From positions 1-64,000 of the forward strand of contig NW_027590593.1 in the NCBI RefSeq assembly GCF_964213995.1: a DNA stretch of 64,000 nucleotides, in the 5' to 3' direction. A program made the position numbers and the translations under genes. This document shows positions 12,311 to 24,800 of the stretch, piece after piece. Position 1 is the stretch's first letter. Each line of letters opens with the position of its first letter. This DNA is from Mustelus asterias. Taxonomy: Eukaryota. The notes under the pieces are model-generated. The model did not search any database. It was not told the origin of the DNA and worked only from the letters and a program-made list of their open reading frames with translations.

Positions 12311-12633
12311 ATAGCGTGTCAGTGTGGGGAGATTGGTGAGACTCTGGCTGTGGATTTTGACACCGGAATAAATGATGAATTGGGACACCTCGATTCCACA
12401 CGGTGTGAACTGCTGCACAATCCGAATCTCTCCATCTCCTTCTCAGTGCTGTCGCCATGGGCGTGTCATAGCTGACCTTTGACCTCCACAGCAGCAGCTT
12501 GGTGCTTTGACCTGAAGCCAGGCAATGGCAATTACCCCTCCTACCTCATCCACAGTCCCACCGACTCCCAAGTCCCCCTGATCCTCCATCCCCCTGAACT
12601 CTCTCCCCCGCTGCCGTCCCTTGGTGGAGGGAG

Positions 12634-12820
12634 TCACATGTAATGGGCGATGTGGGTACTGGAGATGGGTGGAGCACTGGCCTGGGCACTACCCTGCCCA
12701 GCAAAGCTGCTGGCATAGGCGTAGAATGCGGGCATAGCCGGTCTGGCAAGGTGGCGGGGTCTCCGACACTCGGGGCTGAAGGGGTCCTCGTCCTCCTCGA
12801 TGTCCCTCAGATTGGGCGGC
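12634..12820 (-). CDS. ttyh1: TTYH1-like exon 12, terminal ([17 protein letters not shown]...IAHYM*)
   Basis: TAG acceptor at 12821-12823; acidic DPF motif; TGA at 12634-12636. Confidence 0.8.
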
Positions 12821-15800
12821 CTACACAATTGGGGCGGGAGAGGGGGGCGGGAGGGATGGATGGAGCAGGTGAAGTGAGAGAGGGGATGGAGAAAGGAGGA
12901 GATGGAGAGAAGGTTAAAAGCGGAGGAAGATGTCAGTGGACAGAAAATACAAAATCCTCAACACCCAGTCCCTCACCCAACCCTCGCTCATCAAACACTC
13001 CCTCAACACTGGGCTGCTCAGTAACCTGCCCTCACTATCGCCTCCCTCATGGTGTCCACACTCACAGGCCGGAATTTTACCAGCACGCCGGCCCTGATCC
13101 CGGGGGAGGGCGAGGCTCAGAGAACGGCATTCTCTGTTGGCCTCGGGTGGGATTGTACGAACCTCGGGCGGACCTGCCGGTAAAAGTGCGCCCGTAGTGT
13201 CCACACTCACAACCCCCTGCCTCTCATCACCATTTCACACTTTCCTTCACCCCTCACCCCTCTCAGGCATCCCTTTCTCACTCTCACCCCCTCTCCATCT
13301 CCTCCCATTCCATCCCCTTTCACTCCCTCCACCCTCATTCTGTCTTGCCGCACTCCCTCCCTCCCCCTCACTCACCTTCTTCACTCCTCCTCACTCCCCC
13401 CGCTGACTCCCTCCCATCTTACCCATTCGTCTCTCACTCCCTGTTCTCTTAACTCCACCCCCGCACTCCCGATCTCTCCCACTCTCCCTCTCACAGCTTG
13501 CCCTGAAACCAGCCCCTCATTCCCTCGCCTTTCACCCCTTCCCTCACCCACTCTACCTTCCTCACTCCGCCTAACCTTCTCGGCTCTCACTCTCTTCCCC
13601 CATTCCCTCTCTGCACTCATCAATTTCTCTCACTCACACCCTCCTTTCCTCCCGATTCTGGAACGCTCCAGGTGTTGAACTCACCTGTCGTGTTTGAGTT
13701 TCTGCCAGATTCGGGGCAAGGTGTATACGGTGGAGCAGTACGAGAGGAGAGTCAGGAAGGAGAAGACGCACAGATAGAGAGTTCCCTCCATTGCATTGTA
13801 ACAAATTCCTCTTAAAACCTCCACATAATGCTGCACAGGAACAGGAAGAAACAGAGCGGAAAGCGATTAGAGTCGAGGTGTTCCACTCCCCACTCATCTT
13901 CTCCCCGTCTCCCTCAATCCCCACCCTCTCCCCGTCTCCCTCAATCCCCACCCTCTCCCCGTCTCCCTCAATCCCCACCCTCTCCCCGTCTCCCTCAATC
14001 CCCACCATCTCCCCGTCTCCCTCAATCCCCACCCTCTCCCCGTCTCCCTCAATCCCCACCCTCTCCCCGTCTCCCTCAATCCCCACCCTCTCCCCGTCTC
14101 CCTCAATCCCCACCCTTTCCCCGTCTCCCTCAATCCCCACCCTCTCCCCATCTCCCTCAATCCCCACCCTCTCCCCGTCTCCCTCAATCCCCACCCTCTC
14201 CCCGTCTCCCTCAATCCCCACCCTCTCCCCGTCTCCCTCAATCCCCACCCTCTCCCCGTCTCCCTCAATCCCCCACCCTCTCCCCCGTCTCCCTCAATCC
14301 CCACCCTCTCCCTGTCTCCCTCAATCCCCCACCCTCTCCCCGTCTCCCTCACTCCACCACCTACCCACCTTATTGAAACCTCGACAGTGGATCAAGGCTG
14401 TGAGGTGATGGAAGATTTGCTCGGTCGTATTCAGGGTCTGCTGGGTTGCGTGCAGACTGGTCTGTGACAGAGTGGAGAGACACACTGGGTCAGAGCAGAA
14501 TGGAACAGGAGTCAGGGGGAGCTGAGCTCAAGGCATTCGGTGGGATCAGAATCTTCTCTCACTCTATCCTCATCTCAGTTGCTTGCTGCTTACCCCAACT
14601 TGAATGCCCATCACACATGCGACATACAGCACGGTAGCACATTGGTAGCACTACTGCTTCACAGCTCCAGGGACCTGGGTTCGATTCCCGGCTTGGGTCA
14701 CTGCCTGTGTGGAGTTTGCACATTCTCCTCGTGTCTGCGTGGGTTTCCTCCGGGTGCTCCGGTTTCCTCCCACGGTCCAAAGATGTGCAGGTCAGGTGGA
14801 TTGGCCGTGCTAAAAATTGCCCTTAGTGTCCTGAGATGCGTAGGTTAGAGGGATTAGTGGGTAAATATGTAGGGATATGGGGGTAGGGCCTGGGTGGGAT
14901 TGTGGTCGGTGCGGACTCGATGGGCCGAATGACCTCTTTCTGTACTGTAGGGTTTCTATGATTTCTATGATACGTATATACAAATTCGGAGCAGAAGTAG
15001 TTCATTGGGTCCATCAAGCCTGCTCCACCATTCATAAGATCATGACTGATCTGATTGTAACCCCAACCCCATATTACTGCCTCCCCCGTCCCCCCGTTAA
15101 CATTTCACCCCATCACTTATCAAGAATCTACCTAACTCTGCCTTGAGGATATTTGATAAGGTACCGCACAAAAGGATCCTTAATAAATAAGAACCCGTGG
15201 TGCTGGGGGTAGTATATTAGCATGGATAGAGATTGACTAAGACATACAAAAGGGTCCAGAGGGGCAATTGTTTCACACAGAGGGTGGTGAGTGTCTGGAA
15301 CAAGCTGCCAGAGGTAGTAGTAGAAGCTGATACAATTTGACTTTTAAAAAGCATTCAGACAATTACATGAGTAAGATGGGTATAGAGGGATATGGGCCAA
15401 ACGCGGGCAACTGGGATTAGCTTAGTGATTAAAAAAATGGATGGCATAGACAAGTTGGGCCAAAGGACCAAACCTCTAATACTCTATGATAGAAGATAGA
15501 GAGTTGGAATAAGAAGGCCATTTTCAGAATAGCAACCTGTAACTAGTGGAGTGCCACAGGGATCAGTGCTGGGACCACAATTATTTACAATATATTTTCA
15601 TGACTTGGGAAATGGCAAGTTTGTGGATGACACAAAGAGTCTCCAGAGGGATAAAGATAGGTTAAGTACGTGGGCAAAATCTTGGCAGATGGAGCAAGAA
15701 AGTGTGAATTCATGCACTTTGGTAGGAAGAATAAAGGAGCTGAATATTATTTCTATGGAGAAAGACTGCAGAAAGTTCCGGCACTGAGGGATTTGGGGAT

Positions 15801-18800
15801 CCTCGTGCATCAATCACAAAAAGCTAGCGTGCAAGTTCAGCAGATCATCAGAGAAGTCAGTGCAATGTTGGCCTTTATTCCAAAGGGAATAGAGCGGGCA
15901 CGGTGGCACAGTGGTTAGCACTGCTGCCTCACAGCACCAGGGACCCAGGTTCAATTCCAGCTCGGGTCACTGTCTGTGTGGAATTTACACATTCCTCCCC
16001 TGTCTACGTGGGTTTCCTCCAGGTGCTCCGGTTTCCTCCCAAACTCCAAAGAACATAAGAACTAGGAGAAGGAGTAGGCCATCTGGCCCCTCGAGCCTGC
16101 TCCGCCATTCAATAAGATCATGGCTGATCTTTTTGTGGACTCAGCTCCACTTACCCACCCGCTCACCATAACGCTTAATTCCTTTACTGTTCTAAAATTT
16201 ATCTATCCTTGCCTTAAAAACATTCAATGAGGTAGCCTCAATTGCTTCACTGGGCAGGGAATTCCACAGATTCACAACCCTTTGTGTGAAGAAGTTCTTC
16301 CTCAACTCAGTCCTAAATCTGCTTCCCCTTATTTTGAGGCAATGCCCCCGAGTTCTTATTACACCTGCCAGTGGAAACAACTTCCCTGCTTCTATCTTAT
16401 CTATTCCCTTCATAATCTTGTATGTTTCTACAAGATCTCCCCTCATTCTTCTGAATTCCAATGAGTATAGCCCCAGTCTACTCTGTCTCTCCTTATAAGC
16501 CAACCCTATCAACTCCGGAATCAAACTCGTGAATCTCCTCTGCACCCCCTCCAGTGCCAGTATATCCTTTCTCAAGTAAGGAGACCAAAACTGTACACAG
16601 TACTCCAGGTGTGGCCTCACCAGCACCTTATACAGCTGCAACATAATCTCGCTGTTTTTAAACTCCATCCCTCTAGCAATGAAAGACAAAATTCCATTTG
16701 CCTTCTTAATTACCTGCTGTATCTGCAGATCAACTCCTTGAGATTCCTGCACAAGGACACCCAGCTCCCTCTGCACAGCAGCATGCTGCAATTTTTTACC
16801 ATTTAAATAATAGTCCATTTTGCTGTTATTCCTACCAAAATGGATGACCTCACATTTACCAACATTGTACTCCATCTGCCAGACCCTCGCCCATTCACTT
16901 AGATTATCTATATCTCTTTGCAGACTTTCAGCGTCCTCTGCACACTTTGTTCTTCCACCCATCTTAGTGTTATCTGCGAATTTTGACACAGTACACTTGG
17001 TCCCCAAATCCAAATCATCTATGTAAATCGTAAACAATTGCGGTCCCAACATGGATCCCTGAGGCACACCACTAGTCACTGATCGCCAACCAGAAAAACA
17101 CCCATTTACCCCCACTCTTTGCTTTCTGTTAGTTAACCAATCCTCTATCCATGCTAATACATTACACGTAACAGTGTGCACTTTCATCTTACGTAGCAGT
17201 CTTTGGTGCGGCACCTTGTCAAATGCCTTCTGGAAATCCAGATACACCACATCCACAGGTTCCCCATTGTCCACTGCACATGTAATGTTCTCAAAGAATT
17301 CCACCAAATTAGTCAAACATGACCTGCCCTTCATGAACCCATGCTGCGTCTTACCAATGGGACAATTTATATCCAGATGTCTCGCTATTTCTTCCTTGAT
17401 GATTGATTCAAGCATTTTCCCTACTAGAAGTTAAGCTAACCGTACTATAGTTACCCGCCTTTTGTCTACATCCTTTTTTAAGCAGTGGCGTCACATTTGC
17501 TGTTTTCCAATCTGCGGGAACCACCCCAGAGTCCAGCAAATTTTGGTAAACTACCATGAGTGCATTTGCTATTTCTCCCACCATCTCTTTTAGTACCCTG
17601 GGATGCATTCCATCAGGACGAGGAGACTTGTCTACCTTTAGCCCCATTAACTTGCCCAACACTACCTCTTTCGTGATAATGATAGTTTTTAGGTTCTCAC
17701 CTGCCATAGCCTTCCTGTCATCAATTTTTGGCAAGTTATTTGTTTCTTCCACTGTGAAGACCCTATACAAAATACCTGTTCAATGCCTCAGCCATTTTCT
17801 CATTTCCAGTTATTACATCCCCCTTCTCGTCCTCTAAAGGACCAGTGTTTACTTTAACCACTCTTTTTCATTTTATACATTTGCAGAAACTTTTGCTATC
17901 TGTTTTTATATTCTGAGCTAGTTTACTCTCATAATCCATCTTACCTTTCTTTATAGCTTTTTTCGTGGCTTTCTGCTGACCTTTAAAGATTTCCCAATCC
18001 TCTCGGTTCCCACTAATCTTTGCCACTTTGTATGCATTTTCTTTCAATTTGATACCCTCCTTTATTTCCTTAGATATCCATGGCTGATTATCTCTTTTTC
18101 TACAGTCCTTCCTTATCACTGGTATATACTTTTGCTGAGCACTGTGAAAGATTGCTTTGAAAATCCTCCACTATTCCTCAGTTGTCCCACCATAAAGTTT
18201 TTGCTCCCAATCTACCTTAGCCAACTCCTCCCTCATCATAAGAAGAAAAAGAAGAACATAAGAACATAAGAAGTAGGAGCAGGAGTAGGCCATCTAGCCC
18301 CTTGAGCCTGCCCTGCCATTCAATAAGATCATGGCTGATCTGAAGTGGATCAGTTCCACTTACCCGCCTGATCCCTATAACCCATAAAAACATCCCTTTA
18401 TAGTCCCCTTTGTTTAAGCACAAGACACTGGTATTGGATTTTACCTTCTCACGCTCTATCTGTATTTTAAATTCAACCATACTGTGATCGCTTCTTCCAA
18501 GGATCCCGAACTACAAGGTCATTAATTATTCCCGCCTCATTACACAGGATCAGATCTGGGATAGTTTGCTCCCTTGTAGATTCCATTACATACTGTTCAA
18601 AGAAGCTATCGAGGATACATTCTATGAACTCCTCCTCAAGGCTGCCTTGACCGATCTGGTTTGACCAATTGATATGTAGATTAAACTCCCCCATAATAAT
18701 TGCTGTACCAGTTTTACATGCATCAGTTATTTCTTTGTTTATTTCTCGCCCCACCATCATGTCATTATTTGGTGGCCTATGGACTACACCTATCGGTGAC

Positions 18801-21800
18801 TTTTTCTCCTTACTATTTCTAATTTCCACCCAAATGGATTCAACCTTTTTTTTCCATAGGACCTATATCATCTCTCACTACCTCCCTGATATCATCCTTA
18901 AATATCAGAGCTACATCACCTCCCTTATCTTCCTGTCAGTCCCTCCGAGCAGTCTGATACCCCTGGATATTCAACTCCCAGTCGTGACCATCCTGCAACC
19001 ATGTCTCTGTAATGGCCACCAAATCATACTCGTTCGCAATGATTTGTGCCGTCAACTCATTTACCTTGTTTCGAATGCTATGAGCATTCAGATAAAGTGC
19101 CCTTATGCTTGTTTTTGCACCTTCTTTTTGAATTCTAACACTTCCATTAATAACATCTCCTGAGTTCTCCTTCCTTTTAACTTTTTTCCTGAGTTTTGAT
19201 GTAGTTGGAACCTTCTCCCCACATTTTGTCCTTGCTCCCTCCTTCTCGGACTCCTTACATAGGTTCCCATCCCCCTGGCATATTAGTTTAAACCCTCCCC
19301 AACCGCTTTAGGAAACATTCCCCCGAGGACATCGGTCCCAGTCCTGCCCAGGTCTAACCCGTCCAATTTGTACAGGTCCCACCTCCTCCAGAACCGGTCC
19401 CAGTGCCCCAGGAATCTGAAACCCTCCCCCTGACACCATCATTTCAGCCACGCATTTATCCGATATATCCTCTCATTTCTACTCTGACTGGCACGTGGCA
19501 CCAGTAGTAATCCTGAGCTCACTACCTTTGAGGTCCGATTTCTTAATTTTCTTCCTGGCTCCCTGTATTCTGCTTTTAGGACCTCATCCCTTTTTTTACC
19601 TATGTCACTTGTACCAATGTGTACTACGACCACTGGCTGTTTGCCTTCCCCTTCCGAATATCCTGCAGCCGCTCCGAGACATCCTTGACCCGAGCACCAG
19701 GGAGGCAACATACCATTCTGGAGTCTTGTTTGCGGCCACAGATATACCTGTCTATTCCCCTTACAATTGAATCCCCTATAACTATTGCACTGGCATACTT
19801 TTTACCCCTCCCCTCTGCAGCAGAACCAACCGTGGTGCAACGAGTTTGGCTGCTGCTGCTTTCCCTAGAGAGGTCATTCCCTCAACACCATCCAAAGCGG
19901 TGTATCTGTTTTGCAGGGGAATGGCCATAGGAGATTCCTGCACTACCTGCCTATCTCTCTTGCTCTGCCTGGTGGTCACCCATTCTCTTCCGGGGGGGTG
20001 GGAGGGAGGATGTGCGGATTAGGTGGATTGGCCATGCTAAATTGACCCTTAGTGTCAGGGGATTAGCAGGGTAAATATGTGGGGTTAGGGGAATAGGGCC
20101 TGGGTGGGACTGTGGTCGGTACAGACGCGATGGGCTGCATGACCTTCTTCTGCACTGTAGGATTCTATGATTCTATAAAACGATGGAGGGAACAAAAACA
20201 GAAAACGCTGGAAAATTTCAGCAGGTCTGACAGCATCTGTGGAGGGAGAATAGAGCCAACATTTCGAGTTTATGGGTCATCCAGACTCAAAACGTTGGCT
20301 CTATTCTCTCTCTCCACAGAGGCTGTCAGACCTGCTGAGATTTTCCAGCATTTTCTGTTTGTGTTTCAGATTCCAGCATCCGCTGTATTTTGCCTTTATA
20401 AAAATTGGGGAGTTTTGCTGAATCTATACAAGGCACTAATTAGACCGCGCCTGGAATAGTGTGAACAGTTTTAGTCCCCTTATCTAAGGAAAGGTATACT
20501 GGCATTGGCGGTAGTCCAGAGAAGGTTCACTTGGTCAATCCCGGATAGGGCAGGATTTTCTTATGAGGACAGGCTGAGTAGGTAGGACCTGTACTCACTG
20601 GAGTTCAGAAGAATGAGAGGATACCTTATTGAGACATATCAGATTCTCGGGGTGTGGGGGGGGGGGGGGGGGGAGATTGACTGTGTACATGCTTTGGGGT
20701 TCTTCCCCCCCCCCCCACTTGTGGGAGAGTCTGGGACCAGAGGGATGTAATCTCAGAGTAAGGGAGTGGCCCATTAAAAACAGAGACAAGGAGGAATTTC
20801 TTCTCTCAGAGCGGGAGGGTGATTCATTCTCTGTGGAATTCTCCCTCCATTGCCCCATCCCCCCTCCCCTAGAGAGCAGTAGGGGCTGTGGCTCATTGAA
20901 TATTAGACAGGTTACTGATTGACAATGGGGTCAAGGGTTATGGAGGCAAAATAAGCAGGAACGTTGGGTTGAGGTTCCAGTCAGATCGGCCGTCATCTTA
21001 TGGAATGAGGGAGCAGGATCGAAGGGCCGAGTGGCCTACTCCTCCTCCTAATGTTCTTGTGATCTATGCACACCCACACTGCCATGTTCAGTTAACCTCC
21101 ACAACCCAAGTCCCCACCCTCTTTGTCCTCAGTGCCATCATCCCCCATCTCGGTACATTACCTGTGCTGATGGGAACTCTGCAATGGCTCCTCTCTCCAG
21201 ACTATGGATCTGAGAATGGATGGTGCTCATCGCCCTATGAGAGAGGGTCAAACTCTGTGAAGAGAGACCGAGAGGGAGAGTTACAGAGATATCTACCTCC
21301 GAAAGTGAAGCGCTCGCTCAGAACTGGCATCAGGGGAAATGTTGGCCTGGATTATGGAGCTCAAATCCTGGAGTATATACATCTACCTCCGACAGTGCAG
21401 CGCTCCCTCAGTACTGGCACTAGAGGGAGCATTGGCCTGTATTATGGAGCTCAAGTCCTAAAGTATATACATTTACCTTCAACAGTGCAGCACTCCCTCA
21501 GTACTGACACTAGAGGGAGCATTGGCCTGTATTATGGAGCTCAAGTCCGAGAGTATATACATCTACCTCCGACAGTGCAGCGCTCCCTCAGTACTGACAC
21601 CGTGGTAGGGGTGTCTGCCTCACTGCAAGCCAAGGTGGTTTGATTGAAAGAAGTCTCACAGCACCAGGTTAAAGTCCAACAGGTTTATTTGATTCACAGG
21701 CTTTCGGAGCTCTGTGCTCTGAAAGCTTGTGCTGCTAAATAAACCTGTTGGACTTTAACCTGGTGTTGTGAGACTTCTTACTCTGCCCACCCCAGTCCAA

Positions 21801-24800
21801 CACCGGCATCTCCACATCATGGTTTGATTGTTCCAGATCATAGGAAGATTTACTGAGAGGACAGTGAAGGTATTTATGCTTTGAGACATCAGCAGATGTC
21901 TCTGACCTGACAAAGAGTAGATTTTGAGTCTCCCAAAGTTCCAGAAAGGTGTCGTTGGCATCAAGCTGTGAACAGTTTGAAACGATCCATTTATTTCAAA
22001 GATGAAAGGTCAAGAATAGCTAATTAGCATTTCCCCTGGATGCTGGGTTAGTGTGCTTCACGTTACCATGGGGAAATGGGCAGGGAAGGCCATCTTTGAG
22101 ATCGGGTTACAGGCTTCCCTACAAAACAATGACTATCCCGGACACGCAGAAGGGTCGGGTGGTCGGCTGAGGGGAAGAGGCTGCCCCGGCTCTGTGGCCT
22201 GCCACAGCCGGATGCAGGAGGAAGATGGTCTCGCGTTGGAGGGACGCACCCTGCAACCTTCTCGGGATTCCAGGAGATTTATCCTGGCATAGCCAGAGGG
22301 GAGGAGTCATTGGACCAGGAGTTACTGCTGGCAGTGCATTGAAGGAACTCTCCAGAAATGAAGGAAAACATTTGGAGATGATGCTCGAGGTTACTCCTTG
22401 GTGATGAGGGCAGACGGGAACCGAGTGGAAGTTGGGGACAAATATGGACTGTGATTCTGTGAAATGTGTGATGTGTAATTGATAACAAGGGGCATGTTCC
22501 TCTCTGCAGTTCAATCTATAAGTTGTGTACAGAATGAAAGTGACATTTAGTCATCGATGCTTTTTGTCATTTGTTGCAATAAGTGTCTGAAAGCATGAAA
22601 TCTTAGTGTGGCATTATTTTAGAGAGTAACTGGGAGGACACATCTCTGTTCAAAAGTTAGCTGTGCACAGAGATCCTTAACGTTGAGAGAAAGAGACAGT
22701 GGAAGAGAAAGGGGGAGAGGAGAGAGAGAGCGATAACATGCAAAGGAGGAGAGTAAGGAGAAGTGCGAGAGAAGAAGAAAAGGGAGAGGGAGAATTGAGT
22801 GAGAGAGGGAGAGAGAGAGAGAGAAAAATGGGGGGCATAGGGGCAGAGTGCGTGAACGAGAGAGAAAAGGGGGCAGTGGAGTAGAGTGATGGACAGATAA
22901 AGAGGGAGAAAGAGAAGGATAGAGGGAAGGAAGTACAGAGGAGATGAGTAGGGTGAAAAGGAGAGAGAGTGAAAGTGGGACAGAAGGAGAGAGAAAGTCA
23001 GGCAGTCAGAGAAAGCCGGGGGGGGCGGGGGGGGGGGGGGGGGGGGGGGTGGGGAGGAGGAGGAGGAGGAGGAGGAGGAGGAGGAGGAGGGAGAGCAATA
23101 GAGAGAAGCGGGTGAGGGGGAGAATGAGGAAGAAGAGAAAAGAGAGAGAGAGAGAGAAGGAGAGAAGGGGAGATGGTGAGAATGAGGGAGCGAGTATGGG
23201 GGGGGGGGGGTGGAGGAAGAGATAAAGAGTTAGAGAGACAGAGAGAGAGAGTTAGAGAGACAGAGAGAGAGAGCAAGAGACAGAGAGAGAAAGCCAGGGA
23301 GAGAGAGAGCGTGAGGGAGAGAGAGAGGTGAGAGAGAGAGAGAGAGAATGAGGGAGGCAAGGAAGGTTGTTGTTTTTTTTCCCAAAACTATAAAGGAAAT
23401 GGCAGGTGTGAGAGAGGGGCCAGTTCGCTGCATTCGGTGTGGGATGTGGGAGTTCCTGGAGACGACTTGCCTCCCGGAGGTCCATATCTGTGCCAGATGC
23501 ATGGAACTGCAACTCCTGAGGGACCGTGTAAGGGAGCTGGAGCTGCGGCTCGATAACCTCAGTTTAGTCAGGGAAAATGAGAAAATAATAGATAGAAGTT
23601 GTAAGCAGGTAGTCACACCAGGGCCTCAGAAGGAAGACAAGTGGGTCACAGTTAGGAAGGGTAAAAGTCAGAAGGGTGATGTACCAGAAAGTACCCCAGT
23701 GGCAGTCTCCCATAATAGTAAGGGCTGGGCAACAGATGGGAGAGGGGAAGGGAGTGAGCAGTCTGTGGAGGGATCCCCTGTGGTTGCCCTCCAAAATAGG
23801 TATATTGTTTTGGATTCTGTGCAGGGGGGATGACCCTCCAGGGGTAAGCCACGAGGACCAGATCGCCTGCACGGAGACAGGCTCAGAGGTCCGGAAGGGA
23901 AAGAAGGGGTTTAGGAGAGCGATAGTGGTGGGGGACGCAATGGTTAGGGGCATGGACAAGCGGTTCTGCGGGCGCGAACGAGACTCCAGGATGGTAGGCT
24001 GCCTCCCTGGTGCCGGGGTACTGGATGTCTCCGAGGGGGTAGGAAGCATATTAAAAAGGGAAGGTAATCAAACAGATGTAATTGTACACATTGGTGAAAA
24101 TGACGTAGATAGAAAGAGCAGGGGGGTCATACGAGAGCAATTCAGGGAGATGGGTGCTTGGCTAAAAAATAAGGCCTCCAGGGTAGCAATCTCTGGACTG
24201 CTCCTGGTGCCTAGTGCTAGTGAGGCCAGGAGCAGGGAGATTCTACAATTGAACACGTGGTTAAAGGACTGGTGCAAGAGTGAGGGTTTCAAATTCATAG
24301 ATCATTGGGAAGTCTTCAAGAGAGGATGGCACCTGTACGGAAAGGATGGGTTACACCTTAACTGGAAGGGCTCAAATATCCTGGCTGGGAGTTTTGCAAG
24401 AGTGTTTCGGCAGGGTTTAAACTAGTGTGGCAGGGGGATGGGGATCAAAACAGTATGTCAGTAAGTACTGAGGCTGGGGTCGAGCTGGGGGCCAGGGCAA
24501 GGCTAGCTAAGAAGAAGAGCATTCTGGAGCAGGATGACCTGAGTGGGCCTGGAGGTCTGGAGTGCATCTGCTTCAGTGCAAGGAGCGTAACGGGTAAGAC
24601 AGACGAACTTAGGGCCTTAATGCTTACGCGGAACTTGGATGTGGTTGCGGTGACGGAGACTTGGTTAAAAGAAGGATAGGACCGGCAGCTGAATATTCCG
24701 GGGTATAAGTGTTTTAGGCGAGATAGGGGAGGGGCTAAAAAACGTGGGGGAGTAGCGATATTAGTTAGGGATATTACAACGGTGCAGAGGGTGGACAATT

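Noticed and set aside
13634-14408. Pro/Ser-rich or Gly/Glu-rich ORFs
   Set aside because: Translations of the 27-bp minisatellite; the real exons here are in other frames.
16192-17415. 407-aa reverse transcriptase ORF as an active or domesticated gene
   Set aside because: Part of a frameshifted CR1; the catalytic FADD reads FADN.
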